From NCBI GenBank assembly GCA_031364845.1, contig JANLWX010000028.1, positions 1 through 64,000 on the forward strand: DNA of 64,000 bases, in the 5' to 3' direction. Numbering within the stretch: position 1 is the stretch's first letter; the number at the start of each line of letters is the position of its first letter. Shown piece after piece: positions 46,418-55,785 of this stretch. The notes under the pieces were generated by a model. It had not been told where the DNA came from. It did not search any database and saw only the letters and a list, made by a program, of their open reading frames with translations. The DNA is from Candidatus Eiseniibacteriota bacterium (GTDB lineage Bacteria; Eisenbacteria; RBG-16-71-46). Made by a program: the position numbers and the translations under genes.

Positions 46418-47982
46418 AGCACCTCGACGAATCCGAACTCAGCGCGCTGCTGGACCGCGCGCTCGAGGATCGTGAACGGATGGAAGCCGACCGCCACCTC
46501 GCGCAGTGCGCGGAGTGCCGCGAGGCGTTCGCCGTGCTCGAGGCGCAGGACCGAGAGATCGCCACGCTATTGAAGCACGATCCGGGCGAGGCGTATTTCG
46601 CGACGTTCGCGAACCGCGTTCACGAACGCATCCGCGGTGAGGGCGTGGCGATCGATGATGTGTCCGAGTTGCCCGACAACGTGGTTCCCGTGGCGGCGCG
46701 CCGCGCGATCCCGCCTGCGCCCGAATCCCTGCTCGAGCGGCTCGGCCGCTGGTTCAGCGGACCCCGCCTCGCTTGGGCGGGGGCGGCGGTCGCCATGATC
46801 GTGGGTGCCGGTGTGGTGTTCCTCGTCGGCGACGAGAAGCCGGTGCGCACCATCGAAGACCGCACGATCGCCGCGCGCGCGCGACAGGTCGCGGAGCCCG
46901 CGCCGACCACGGCCGCCCCGTCGGCGCCCGAGGCGGCACGTGAGCTTGCCCCGCCACCTTCGACGGGCGCCCGTGAGAACGCGGCCTCCGACATGCGAGC
47001 TCTGGATACGCCGCCGATGGCGGGACTTCAGGCGCAGAAGTCTGAAGTCGCCGAAGAAGAACATTCTGCCGCGACCGATGAAGCGGCGTCATCGTCCGTC
47101 GCGAAAGCTTCCGCACCGCCTTCGGCGGCGCGGGTGATGGGACGCTCGCGCGAGGTGCGCCGCGAACAGGGCGAAGACGTTCCGGTTCAGGATGCGCGCG
47201 CGGCGGCGCCGGTCGCGCCGCCCACCGCCGGCAATCGCGCGGATGCTCAAGCATCGAAGATCCAGCGCATCAAGGAGCAGGCGCGCGCGATCGCGGGCGG
47301 AGCGCTCGAGTCGAAGAAGAAGCCGGGGGAAGTGACGTCGTTCGCCGCGCCGCCCGGCAGCACCGCGCTGGGACTGGAGCAGCCGGGTGCCGTGCGCGTG
47401 TGTGGAACCGTGCGCGATGCGAGCGGGCGCGCGATCTCGGGCGCTCGCGTCGCGGTCGCGGATCTCGGCACCAGCACGAACACGGGTGCGACCGGAAGCT
47501 TCTGCCTCGCGGTGCCTCCTGGAGAGCACACGGTGAGCGTGATGGCGGTCGGCTTCCGCGAAGTGCGCCGCTCGTTCCGCGTGGGCGCGGAAGCGGGCAA
47601 TCAGGACTTCACGCTGACCGCGGTGTCGGTGCTGGGCGAAGCGGGCGGCGAAGCGGACGCCCCGTGGCCTCCGGCCGCCCGCGAGATCGCCGCTGCCGCC
47701 GAGCGCGCGAGCCGCGAAGCCGCGCGCCTGAACACCGCAGAAGCCCACGACCAGGCGGCCGCGCGCTGGCAGCAGGTCACGGAGTCGGTGAAGGTCGGCG
47801 CACCCGCGATTTCCGCGCGCCGTCATCTCGCCGATGCGCGCTATCGCGCGTGGCAACTCGATCCGTCCGCATCGCGCGAAGCGTCAGCGATGTCGGCGAT
47901 CTCGTCCTACCTCGCCGCGGGCCCCGGCAGCGCCGAGCGCGAACGCGCGCAACGCCGCCTCGAAGAACTCCAGCGCCGCTAG
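46414..47982 (+). CDS. Zinc-binding (HxxxCxxC) anti-sigma factor with TM and periplasmic carboxypeptidase-regulatory-like domain
   Basis: HLAQCAECRE, TM AWAGAAVAMIVGAGVVFLV, VCGTVRDASGRAISGARV...PPGEHTVSVMAVGF; ATGA overlap with sigma gene. Confidence 0.85.
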   Translation: MKHLDESELSALLDRALEDRERMEADRHLAQCAECREAFAVLEAQDREIATLLKHDPGEAYFATFANRVHERIRGEGVAIDDVSELPDNVVPVAARRAIPPAPESLLERLGRWFSGPRLAWAGAAVAMIVGAGVVFLVGDEKPVRTIEDRTIAARARQVAEPAPTTAAPSAPEAARELAPPPSTGARENAASDMRALDTPPMAGLQAQKSEVAEEEHSAATDEAASSSVAKASAPPSAARVMGRSREVRREQGEDVPVQDARAAAPVAPPTAGNRADAQASKIQRIKEQARAIAGGALESKKKPGEVTSFAAPPGSTALGLEQPGAVRVCGTVRDASGRAISGARVAVADLGTSTNTGATGSFCLAVPPGEHTVSVMAVGFREVRRSFRVGAEAGNQDFTLTAVSVLGEAGGEADAPWPPAAREIAAAAERASREAARLNTAEAHDQAAARWQQVTESVKVGAPAISARRHLADARYRAWQLDPSASREASAMSAISSYLAAGPGSAERERAQRRLEELQRR

Positions 47983-48097
47983 GCCAACTCCGAGCGGTTT
48001 CACGATTTCGCTTGTCAGGCACGGTGCCGATCGGCCACCTTCGGCGGGCTTCCCACTCCCCGAACAGGCCGTCAGTCCCTAGCGAGGGTCAGGATCC

Positions 48098-50077
48098 GTG
48101 GCCACCGAGATCGTTACGCCCCCCGAGTTGAAGCAAACCCCCGAAGAGATCGAGCGTCACTGGTTCGAGAACGTCTACGCCGGTGACCGCATGCCGCAGC
48201 TCACCCCGCGCGCCCTGATCATGGGGATGATGCTGGGTGCCGTGATGTCGCTGTCGAACGTGTACGTCGGTCTCAAGGCGGGATGGGGGCTCGGGGTGGC
48301 GATCACCTCCAGCATCCTCGCGTTCGCGGCGTTCTCGACCATGCACAAGCTGTTTCCCAAGCAATTTCCCGAGTTCAGCATCCTCGAGAACAACGCGATG
48401 GCGTCGTGCGCTTCGGCTGCCGGTTACATGACCGGTGCCGGGCTCGTGAACGCGATCCCCGCGCTGATGATGCTGCAGCCCGACGCGGTTCCCAGCATGT
48501 GGGTGCTGATGGTGTGGATCGGCGTGATCTCGTGGCTCGGGGTGTTCCTCGCGGTGCCCGCCAAGCGCCAGATGATCAACATCGAGCAGCTCAAGTTCCC
48601 CTCGGGGATCGCCGCAGCGACCACGCTGCGCACACTTCACAATGAAGGCGGGGGAGCGGCGGCCCGCCAGGCTCGCTCGCTCGGGTTCTCGGTCTTGTTC
48701 GGCGCGATCATCACGTGGTGCCGCGACGCTGAGTTCTCATGGTTGAATATCGTGAGGTGGGGCGAGAGTGGTTTCGGGTTCACGAAATTCGCAGCCCCCG
48801 CAACCTGGCCGTCGTGGCTCACGGCGGTCGTGTCGTGGATCCGGTATCCCCATGTTCCCGCGACGTGGCTTCCGGGAGATTGGCTTCCGGGATGGTGGCA
48901 CATCGGCAAGTACCGCATGCGCCAGGATCTCACCCTCGCCTTCGAAGGCTCGCTGCTGTTCGTGGCCGCGGGTGCGATCATGGGAATGCGCCAAGCGTGG
49001 AGCCTGTTGCTCGGCACCGTGATCAACTTCGGCATTCTCGCCCCGATGATGATGGACGCTGGAGTGATTCCTGATGCCGGCGGCAGCGCGCTGCGGCGCA
49101 TCTCGAGCTGGAGCCTGTGGATCGGCGTTCCGATGATGGTGACCTCGGGCCTGCTGCTGTTCATCGTGCAGTGGAAGACCGTGGCGCGCGCGTTCAGCAC
49201 CATCACGAAGATCTTCGTGAAGCGCCACCCCGCCGGGGCCGAAGATCCAATGGACCGGATCGAAGTGCCGGGCTCGTGGTTCATCGGCGGTATGGTCGTG
49301 CTCGGAACGGCGACCGTGATTCTCGGGGAGCTGTTCTTCCACATCCACTGGTGGATGGGCATCATCGCGGTGCTGATGACGTTCCTGCTGGTGGTGGTCG
49401 CGGGGCGCGCGACCGGCGAGACCGACATCACGCCGACCGGTCCGCTCAGCAAGATCACGCAACTCACTTTCGGAGCACTCGCCCCCGGCAACATCACCAC
49501 GAATCTCATGACCGCGAACATCACGGCCGGCGCGTGCAGCCACGCCGGCGATCTGTTGACCGATCTCAAGAGCGGCTATCTGCTCGGCGCCAAGCCGCGC
49601 CAGCAATTCGTCGCCCAGTTCTTCGGCGTGCTGATCGGCACGATTGTCGTGGTGCCCGTGTTCTTCGTCCTGATCCCGAACGCTTCGGTCCTCGGCACCG
49701 ACCAGTGGCCCGCACCGGCCGCCCAGGTGTGGCGCGGAGTGGCCGAGTTGCTCGCGAAAGGCGTGGGGGCGCTCCATCCGACCGCGCGCGTCGGGCTTTT
49801 GATCGGCGCGCTCGCCGGCATCGTGCTCGCGCTGCTCGAGCTGCGATTCCCGAAGCAGAAGAAGTGGATCCCGTCGCCGACCGGGCTCGGGCTCGCGTTC
49901 ACGATCACCGCCTACTACTCGATCTCGATGTTCATCGGCGCGCTGCTCGCGGCGGCGATCATGCGGATGAACAAGAAGGCCGGCGAGGAGTACATCGTGC
50001 CGGTGGCTTCGGGGATCATTGCCGGCGAGAGCCTGATGGGTGTTGCGATCGCGCTGCTCTTCATCCTGGTGCCCTAA
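48098..50077 (+). CDS. OPT-family oligopeptide transporter
   Basis: QLTPRAL, NVYVGLKAG, SILENN, LKFPSGIA, GETDITP, DLLTDLKSGYLLGAKPR, ASGIIAGESLMG. Confidence 0.93.
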   Translation: MATEIVTPPELKQTPEEIERHWFENVYAGDRMPQLTPRALIMGMMLGAVMSLSNVYVGLKAGWGLGVAITSSILAFAAFSTMHKLFPKQFPEFSILENNAMASCASAAGYMTGAGLVNAIPALMMLQPDAVPSMWVLMVWIGVISWLGVFLAVPAKRQMINIEQLKFPSGIAAATTLRTLHNEGGGAAARQARSLGFSVLFGAIITWCRDAEFSWLNIVRWGESGFGFTKFAAPATWPSWLTAVVSWIRYPHVPATWLPGDWLPGWWHIGKYRMRQDLTLAFEGSLLFVAAGAIMGMRQAWSLLLGTVINFGILAPMMMDAGVIPDAGGSALRRISSWSLWIGVPMMVTSGLLLFIVQWKTVARAFSTITKIFVKRHPAGAEDPMDRIEVPGSWFIGGMVVLGTATVILGELFFHIHWWMGIIAVLMTFLLVVVAGRATGETDITPTGPLSKITQLTFGALAPGNITTNLMTANITAGACSHAGDLLTDLKSGYLLGAKPRQQFVAQFFGVLIGTIVVVPVFFVLIPNASVLGTDQWPAPAAQVWRGVAELLAKGVGALHPTARVGLLIGALAGIVLALLELRFPKQKKWIPSPTGLGLAFTITAYYSISMFIGALLAAAIMRMNKKAGEEYIVPVASGIIAGESLMGVAIALLFILVP

Positions 50078-50158
50078 CCGCGGCGCCCGCGAAGCGGGCG
50101 TCGCAGGCCTTCCTGCGATCATGGCGAAGGCGTTTCCCTCCAACTCCGACCCCCCAAC

Positions 50159-50194
50159 GCAACGCGCCGGGCGAAAATCCGCCCGGCGCGTTGC
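50159..50194 (+). terminator. Strong stem-loop after OPT gene
   Basis: GCAACGCGCCGGGCG-AAAATC-CGCCCGGCGCGTTGC, perfect 15-bp stem. Confidence 0.65.
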
Positions 50195-50289
50195 ATGTCA
50201 ACTCCATGCCCGAACGGGCCGATGACTCCGGATATCCCCCATAGGCGGGGATACCGAGTTTCGAGCCCGTTTTCGCATGGAGGTGTCGG

Positions 50290-51591
50290 TTGAGAACGCA
50301 CGCCCAGCCCCCCGTTGTTCGCCCGTCACGCTCCGCCATGGTCGCGCTGTGCGTGCTCGCGTGCATCACGGCGGCGGTGCCCGCGTTCGCGGCGAAGAAG
50401 AAGAGCGCCGCGGCTGATCCGACGCCCGGGAACATCTCCATGGCCTCGGTGCCGTCGCGCGGTGACGACGGGGCGCTCCCCGATCTCGATCCCGCGGAGC
50501 AGGCGCTATGGCAGCGGCTGTGTTTCCGCGTCGAGGACGCCTTCGACAGCACCCGCGGCGGATTCGTGAGCAAGAACGGCATCCTCGACGAGAGCGCAAT
50601 CGACGTCGCGTTCCTGCTCGGACCGCGCGATCGCCAGGATCGCTGGAACGGCTACGGCGTGTACACGACCCAGTGGATGCTCGGCCTCGAAGACAGCATC
50701 GGCGGCGGGTTCTTCATGCGCCATGAAGTCGTCGCGGGCGGCGGGCAGTTCGAGCGGCCGACGCTGATCAACGCGCGGCGTCTCGAGAACCTGATCGATG
50801 CGTGGGAGCGCACCAACGACACGCGCTACTGGGTGTCGGCGGTGCGGCTGCTCGAATTCGCCGAGCGCAACGTCGTCGATGGGCGCGGTGGATTCACCTC
50901 CGATCCGGTCGGGGACCAGGATCTGGTGCCGCAGGTGAACGGTGTCGCGATCCGCGCGTGGCTCAAGTGGTGGGCCGCCGGGCGCGATCCCAAGCGCCGC
51001 GACTTCGCGCTGCGCAGCATCGACCGCTTGTGGCAGAGCGCGTGGAGCGACAGCGCCGGATTTCTGCGCGCGAATTCGTTCGGCGAGCCGATCGCATGGC
51101 CGCAGCTGAGCGATCAGACCGAGATGGGCCGCGCGCTGGTCATGAGCGCACAGCTCGCCGGACGCCGTGGCGATCTCGAGCGCGCGAAGAAGGTCGCCGA
51201 CCTGATGCTCGCGAACTTCGCCGACGATCGCGGCACGTTCCGCTCGGAAGCCATGGGCCGCCCGGGCAGGCTGCGGCGCGCTCCGGGCCGCGTGCCGCGC
51301 GAGAACGCGCGCGCGGCCCTGTTCCTGTGCGAGTTGGCGCACGTCGCGCGCGCTCCGAAATACTTCGAAGCCGCGCGGTGCGTGTGGCGCGCCTATGCCA
51401 AGGATCTCGAGAAGACCAAGCTCGAAGCCGCCGACTGGGTGCTCGCGATGGACGCGGCGATCTCGCCCGTGTTCCCCAGGCGCCCCTCCGAGACCGCGAA
51501 GCCCGCGGACAAGGCCAAGTCGCCGCGCACCAACGGCAAGACGCGCATGCGTTCTCCGGAGACGAAGATCGGAGCGAGCGGGCAGCGCTGA
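50290..51591 (+). CDS. Secreted six-hairpin (alpha/alpha)6 protein, similar to the AGE/YyaL(SSP411)-like C-terminal fold
   Basis: TTG after GGAGG; signal peptide; FDSTRGGF, LEDSIGGGFF, FERPTLINA, NGVAIRA, LSDQTEMGRAL, FADDRGTF. Confidence 0.6.
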   Translation: MRTHAQPPVVRPSRSAMVALCVLACITAAVPAFAAKKKSAAADPTPGNISMASVPSRGDDGALPDLDPAEQALWQRLCFRVEDAFDSTRGGFVSKNGILDESAIDVAFLLGPRDRQDRWNGYGVYTTQWMLGLEDSIGGGFFMRHEVVAGGGQFERPTLINARRLENLIDAWERTNDTRYWVSAVRLLEFAERNVVDGRGGFTSDPVGDQDLVPQVNGVAIRAWLKWWAAGRDPKRRDFALRSIDRLWQSAWSDSAGFLRANSFGEPIAWPQLSDQTEMGRALVMSAQLAGRRGDLERAKKVADLMLANFADDRGTFRSEAMGRPGRLRRAPGRVPRENARAALFLCELAHVARAPKYFEAARCVWRAYAKDLEKTKLEAADWVLAMDAAISPVFPRRPSETAKPADKAKSPRTNGKTRMRSPETKIGASGQR

Positions 51592-51623
51592 ACTTCGCGC
51601 CATCGGCGCGAACTCTTGTGCGA
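51537..51623 (+). repeat. Left direct repeat of island (includes 3' end and stop of upstream gene)
   Basis: Aligns with 56446-56531 at about 73/87 by hand; core CAGCGCTGAACTTC[G/T]CGCCATCGGCGCGAA. Confidence 0.9.
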
Positions 51624-51799
51624 TCGAAGACCCGAGGGAGCGCGGATATTTGATCAGTCCGCGCTCCGAGGTGTCCCTGACTGCGAGCCCGGGCTCTATA
51701 TGTGCTCAGCCGCCAACATGCCTTCAATGGCTCCCACCTCCGCAACACCATGCTCCCACCGAAGTGAAGATAGAACTTCACGCCCCTCGTGTTTTCTGA

Positions 51800-51830
51800 T
51801 TGCAAATAAAGGGGGGGGGGGGCGTAACGT
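51800..51830 (+). promoter_or_regulatory. Candidate promoter TTGCAA-N19-TAACGT with G12 homopolymer in the spacer
   Basis: G tract at 51811-51822 between -35-like (51800-51805) and -10-like (51825-51830) hexamers. Confidence 0.5.
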
Positions 51831-51891
51831 GGTGCGCGGCTAGTGTGAAACACACACTGCCCTACCATCTGGTTTGGTGGAGGAGCCCTCC

Positions 51892-52188
51892 GTGGAACGC
51901 GAGGTCGCAACGTCCAGCGAGCACAGACACGTCACGTTCTCATTGGAATCAGCGCTCGAAGCTGCCCAGCCGGGTGCTACCATCGACATCCCTGCGGGCG
52001 AGTACTACGCGAAACCTGGCGGGTGGCTCATTACGAAGAGCATCACGCTCCTCGGGCAGGCGACAGCGGGCGGCGCACTTGGAGTGACGGTTCTAACTAA
52101 AGGCGCGCCTGCGTTTGTGATCGCCCCGGGAACTACTGACGTGATCGTCATGAGCGTCTCATTTGCGGACTGCTCGCCGCCGGCCTGA
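51892..52188 (+). CDS. Short protein equal to the N-terminal cap of a right-handed beta-helix (possible fragment)
   Basis: GGAGG RBS; SLESALEAAQPGATIDIPAGEY...ITKSITLLG. Confidence 0.55.
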   Translation: MEREVATSSEHRHVTFSLESALEAAQPGATIDIPAGEYYAKPGGWLITKSITLLGQATAGGALGVTVLTKGAPAFVIAPGTTDVIVMSVSFADCSPPA

Positions 52189-52281
52189 GCTGCTTCTACC
52201 TGCGATCGCATCAAGGCAGTGGGCGCCGGTCGCGTGTTCTATGACTTGCAATCAAATCGATCCATCCAAGCGAGGTGCATC

Positions 52282-53184
52282 ATGCTCCGCACGCTTCTTT
52301 CGAGTCTCGTTCTGTATGCCACTCTGGTCGGAGCCCCCGCGTCGGCGCTTACGATCAACGTCGACGGCCTCGGTCCCGAAGGCGGCTATGGTGCGGCGCG
52401 CCGCGTGCCCCAGACATGCAACACTTCGGCGGGCAACAACCCCTCAGGTGGCGACAACCGTCACGCGATGGGGTCCGAGCTGAACGTCAGCGCTGCGGCC
52501 ATCCTCAACGCGACGGTGTATGCGATGTATACGGGAAACCTCCAGAGCAACTTCACCAACCTCGAAGTATTCATCGACTGCATCGCCGGCGGCCAGAACA
52601 CGTTGCGGGGCGACAACGCCATGGTTCCGCTCAATGGATTGAACCGCATGGCAGGTTTGACGTTCGATGCGGACTTTGAACCGGACTACTACATCACCAT
52701 GAACTGCGGGGACTCGGCGGGAACTTACAGGTTCTCCGGACACTTCGTTACCCTGCCGACCTCAGGCGGAGGTGTCAGCACATACCTAGGGTCTACAGAT
52801 GCAGCAATCACCGGGAGCGGTAATTCGCTCGGCATTCAGTTCGCGATTCAGAATGGCAATGCTTCGGGCGTAGTTGCTGGATGCAGTCCGGCAGTCCTCT
52901 TGAACAATACTAGTCCGACTGGCGTCGAGATCGGCGTGCCACTTTCCGCAATCGGCAATCCCGGCGGATGCATCAAGGTGTGCGCGTTTATCAACCGACC
53001 CGCGCACGACTTCATCTTCAATCAGTTTATGGAGCCGCTTCCCGCGGGATCATGTGATCTCGGCGATCCCTCCACCGTATCCCTCGCGTCGATCGCGGGA
53101 GACCAGTTCTATGTGGCCTGCGAGGAACCGCCCACGCCCGCCGTGCGCGCCACTTGGGGCAAGGTAAAGGTGCTGTACAGGTAG
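52282..53184 (+). CDS. Secreted protein ending in PTPAVRATWGKVKVLYR
   Basis: GAGG RBS, signal peptide, GSELN...GNLQSNFTNLEVFID...GLNRMAGLTFDADFEPDY. Confidence 0.8.
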   Translation: MLRTLLSSLVLYATLVGAPASALTINVDGLGPEGGYGAARRVPQTCNTSAGNNPSGGDNRHAMGSELNVSAAAILNATVYAMYTGNLQSNFTNLEVFIDCIAGGQNTLRGDNAMVPLNGLNRMAGLTFDADFEPDYYITMNCGDSAGTYRFSGHFVTLPTSGGGVSTYLGSTDAAITGSGNSLGIQFAIQNGNASGVVAGCSPAVLLNNTSPTGVEIGVPLSAIGNPGGCIKVCAFINRPAHDFIFNQFMEPLPAGSCDLGDPSTVSLASIAGDQFYVACEEPPTPAVRATWGKVKVLYR

Positions 53185-53222
53185 CCTCAGAGGTCAGGTC
53201 TTGTGGATCGAGGGGGATTTTC

Positions 53223-55784
53223 ATGGCCGTGAATCTGACGTGGAAGGATGTCTCGCAGTCGCCGTACAGCGGCTCGATCGAGAAGGCGATCAATGGCCAG
53301 GCGAGTCCATTCATCGCCCCCGTGCAGCCTGGTGACACGATCTATGTCCCCGGCGGGAACTACAACATCGCGAACCCACTGCTCATCAACCAACCCAACG
53401 TCAGGATTGTTGGCGATGGCATGGACAAGACCAACATCATTTGCCCGTCCGGGTCATCGATTGCGGTATTCGATGTCACGGAGTCGTTCGCGACCCTTGA
53501 GGGATTCACGATCACGCAGGCCGATGCCGTCACCTCGGGGACCGGGGTGGGTGTGAGGATCGGTTCCAGCGCCACGTACATCCAGCAGACTACCCTCAGG
53601 CACATCAAGATCAAGTTCATGCCAAGCTACGCGCTATTCATTCCTGGCGGGTCCGAAGGGTTCTCGAACCAGCCCGTGAATGAGACCGTGATCGAGAACG
53701 CCATCTTGCACAACTCCCAGTCGGACGCCATCGTGTTCATCGGAAAAGGCAGTACGCTCGCCAATTTCAGAAACTGCAACATCAGCGCATACCACGTTCC
53801 CGGGGTATTGGCGGTCCAGATCATGAATGCGTCGCACATCACTTTCGATTCGTGTGAGGGCAATCCGGCGCCTGACAAGTATTGGCTGGACTTTGAGGTA
53901 GATCCGAACGACGCCGCCCCCACATCTGGCGGAGAGGCGCTTTCCATCATTAACTGCGACTTGGAAGTTAATCGTGAAGAACCCGGAGCTGTGCGGCATT
54001 CCAGCTATTTCATTCACGCGAAGCGCGTGTCACATGTCTTGATTCAGAGCACGCTACTGTATTGGGCGCAGAAGGGTGTCTGGCTGGAAGAATGTAACAA
54101 CGCCATTGTCCAGGCCAATGTGTTCATCGACATACGCGCGAATGGTAATACGGGCGCAAATCCTGCGGCATCGTCCTTGACGCTCACAGCATGCAAGGAC
54201 ACAGCGATCATCGGTTCGTGTTGGCAGAACACGGACTATAACACTGACTGGATTCCGGATGGCACGGTCACGGGCGAGAGACTCCCGTTGCCTTTCGAAG
54301 AGCTGAGCGGCACGACGGGGACGACGGTTTTGGAGCAGGGTGTCGCGCTACTCCCGACCTATGGTGCCGTGGCGTCCAGTTTGCCCAACAACGTAAAGAC
54401 GGGGCTGCTGCACCCTGGCATGCTGGCTTACGATCTTAAGCGTCGCCTGCAATCGTGGGACGGCGCGAAGTGGGTGAGGGCGGTCACGGGCTACGAGCTC
54501 TTCATCGCGACCGACTACGCGGACATCCAGCTCGCCGTCGATGCGGCCAGCGCCGCGGCTACGGGCGGGGTTGTCTATGTCCCGGGGGCGACTTACAACG
54601 AGTCCTCGACGCCGAAGTACAGCGGCAATCTGATCGTGAACGCACCGGGCAAGACGATTCGAATCATCGGCGACGGAGCGGGGAGCACAATTCTGCAGGC
54701 ACCGTCGACAGGCCCCAACAACGACAAACCGATGCTGAGTCTTCGGTCCGATGACATCGCGATTGAAGGCATGACGTTCGATGGCTTCAATCAGGTCAGC
54801 ACCGCCGCGGGCATCGTCATCGGTAACGCAGGTCAGGCAGTGTTCCGTCCACGTATGACCGACGTGACCGTAAGGAACAGTGCGGGATGGTCGATCTATG
54901 CACTCGGTTCGGAGGCCGCGGCGAGCTCCCACTACGGCCTGTTCGAACGCGTGCGCTGCACGGGCAATCGGAGCGCTGCCACCGGAGGCGTGTGGCTGGC
55001 GGTCGGGTGCTCGACCCACGTGTTCCGGGACTGCGTCGTGGAACAGTTCAAGGGCTACGGGGTGTTCATGGACCAAGTTGACGGTGCCGCACTGCTCGAG
55101 TGCCGGATCTTCGATGCCAGCGATGACACGCAGCCCTACTTGGGACTGAACAACTCCCTGAACATCATCGTCACCGCGCTCAAGTGCCGAAACCAGGCAC
55201 CTCCGACGCAAACGCAGAATGAGCGCTTCATCAAACTCACCGGCGAGAATCGCAGCATCAGCATCATTGCGCCGAAGCTCTATCGGGACCAGACCTCGAA
55301 CCCGAACGGAAGCGATGTCAATAGCGGTGGGGGGATCGCTCGCTCCGTCATGATCCTGAGTCCTGAGATGAGGGTGCAAGGAGCCGCGACGGGAACAGAC
55401 CACATCAAGATCGGGAGTTCATCGGAGTGCTTCATCATCGGCGGCGTGGTCTCGGCCTCCGGGGCCGCTACCCCATTTCCGGTCATGGAGATCGAGAGCC
55501 CGGCATCCCGCTTTGCGGTCGCGGGTCGGGCAACGATCGACTTCGGCAATGGGGCGCAGTCGGCGACCGTGAGCGTGTCCGATCTCCGCGTTGCCACGAA
55601 CTCTCGAATCATGGCCGCGATGGCCTATGCCCCAACGCTGAATCGCGACCTGGACGAATTGGAGATGGACCACTTTGAAGTGCACGCGGGCAATGTCACC
55701 AACGGCGTGGGATTTGAGATCGTGGCCGACTGTCTGACAGGCTATGGGCACGGCACTTACTTCGTCGATTACATCAGGAGCTGA
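53223..55784 (+). CDS. Tailspike/pectate-lyase-like protein with two tandem beta-helix modules
   Basis: Two caps (IEKAIN...GDTIYVPGGNY...VRIVGDG; IQLAVDAA...GGVVYVPGATY...IRIIGDG), linker GMLAYD...WDGAKW, small C-terminal beta domain; no signal peptide. Confidence 0.75.
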   Translation: MAVNLTWKDVSQSPYSGSIEKAINGQASPFIAPVQPGDTIYVPGGNYNIANPLLINQPNVRIVGDGMDKTNIICPSGSSIAVFDVTESFATLEGFTITQADAVTSGTGVGVRIGSSATYIQQTTLRHIKIKFMPSYALFIPGGSEGFSNQPVNETVIENAILHNSQSDAIVFIGKGSTLANFRNCNISAYHVPGVLAVQIMNASHITFDSCEGNPAPDKYWLDFEVDPNDAAPTSGGEALSIINCDLEVNREEPGAVRHSSYFIHAKRVSHVLIQSTLLYWAQKGVWLEECNNAIVQANVFIDIRANGNTGANPAASSLTLTACKDTAIIGSCWQNTDYNTDWIPDGTVTGERLPLPFEELSGTTGTTVLEQGVALLPTYGAVASSLPNNVKTGLLHPGMLAYDLKRRLQSWDGAKWVRAVTGYELFIATDYADIQLAVDAASAAATGGVVYVPGATYNESSTPKYSGNLIVNAPGKTIRIIGDGAGSTILQAPSTGPNNDKPMLSLRSDDIAIEGMTFDGFNQVSTAAGIVIGNAGQAVFRPRMTDVTVRNSAGWSIYALGSEAAASSHYGLFERVRCTGNRSAATGGVWLAVGCSTHVFRDCVVEQFKGYGVFMDQVDGAALLECRIFDASDDTQPYLGLNNSLNIIVTALKCRNQAPPTQTQNERFIKLTGENRSISIIAPKLYRDQTSNPNGSDVNSGGGIARSVMILSPEMRVQGAATGTDHIKIGSSSECFIIGGVVSASGAATPFPVMEIESPASRFAVAGRATIDFGNGAQSATVSVSDLRVATNSRIMAAMAYAPTLNRDLDELEMDHFEVHAGNVTNGVGFEIVADCLTGYGHGTYFVDYIRS

Positions 55785-55785
55785 C

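Noticed and set aside
51583..51623. Repeat core as an integron attC site
   Set aside because: No RYYYAAC/GTTRRRY pair, no copies between internal genes, no intI
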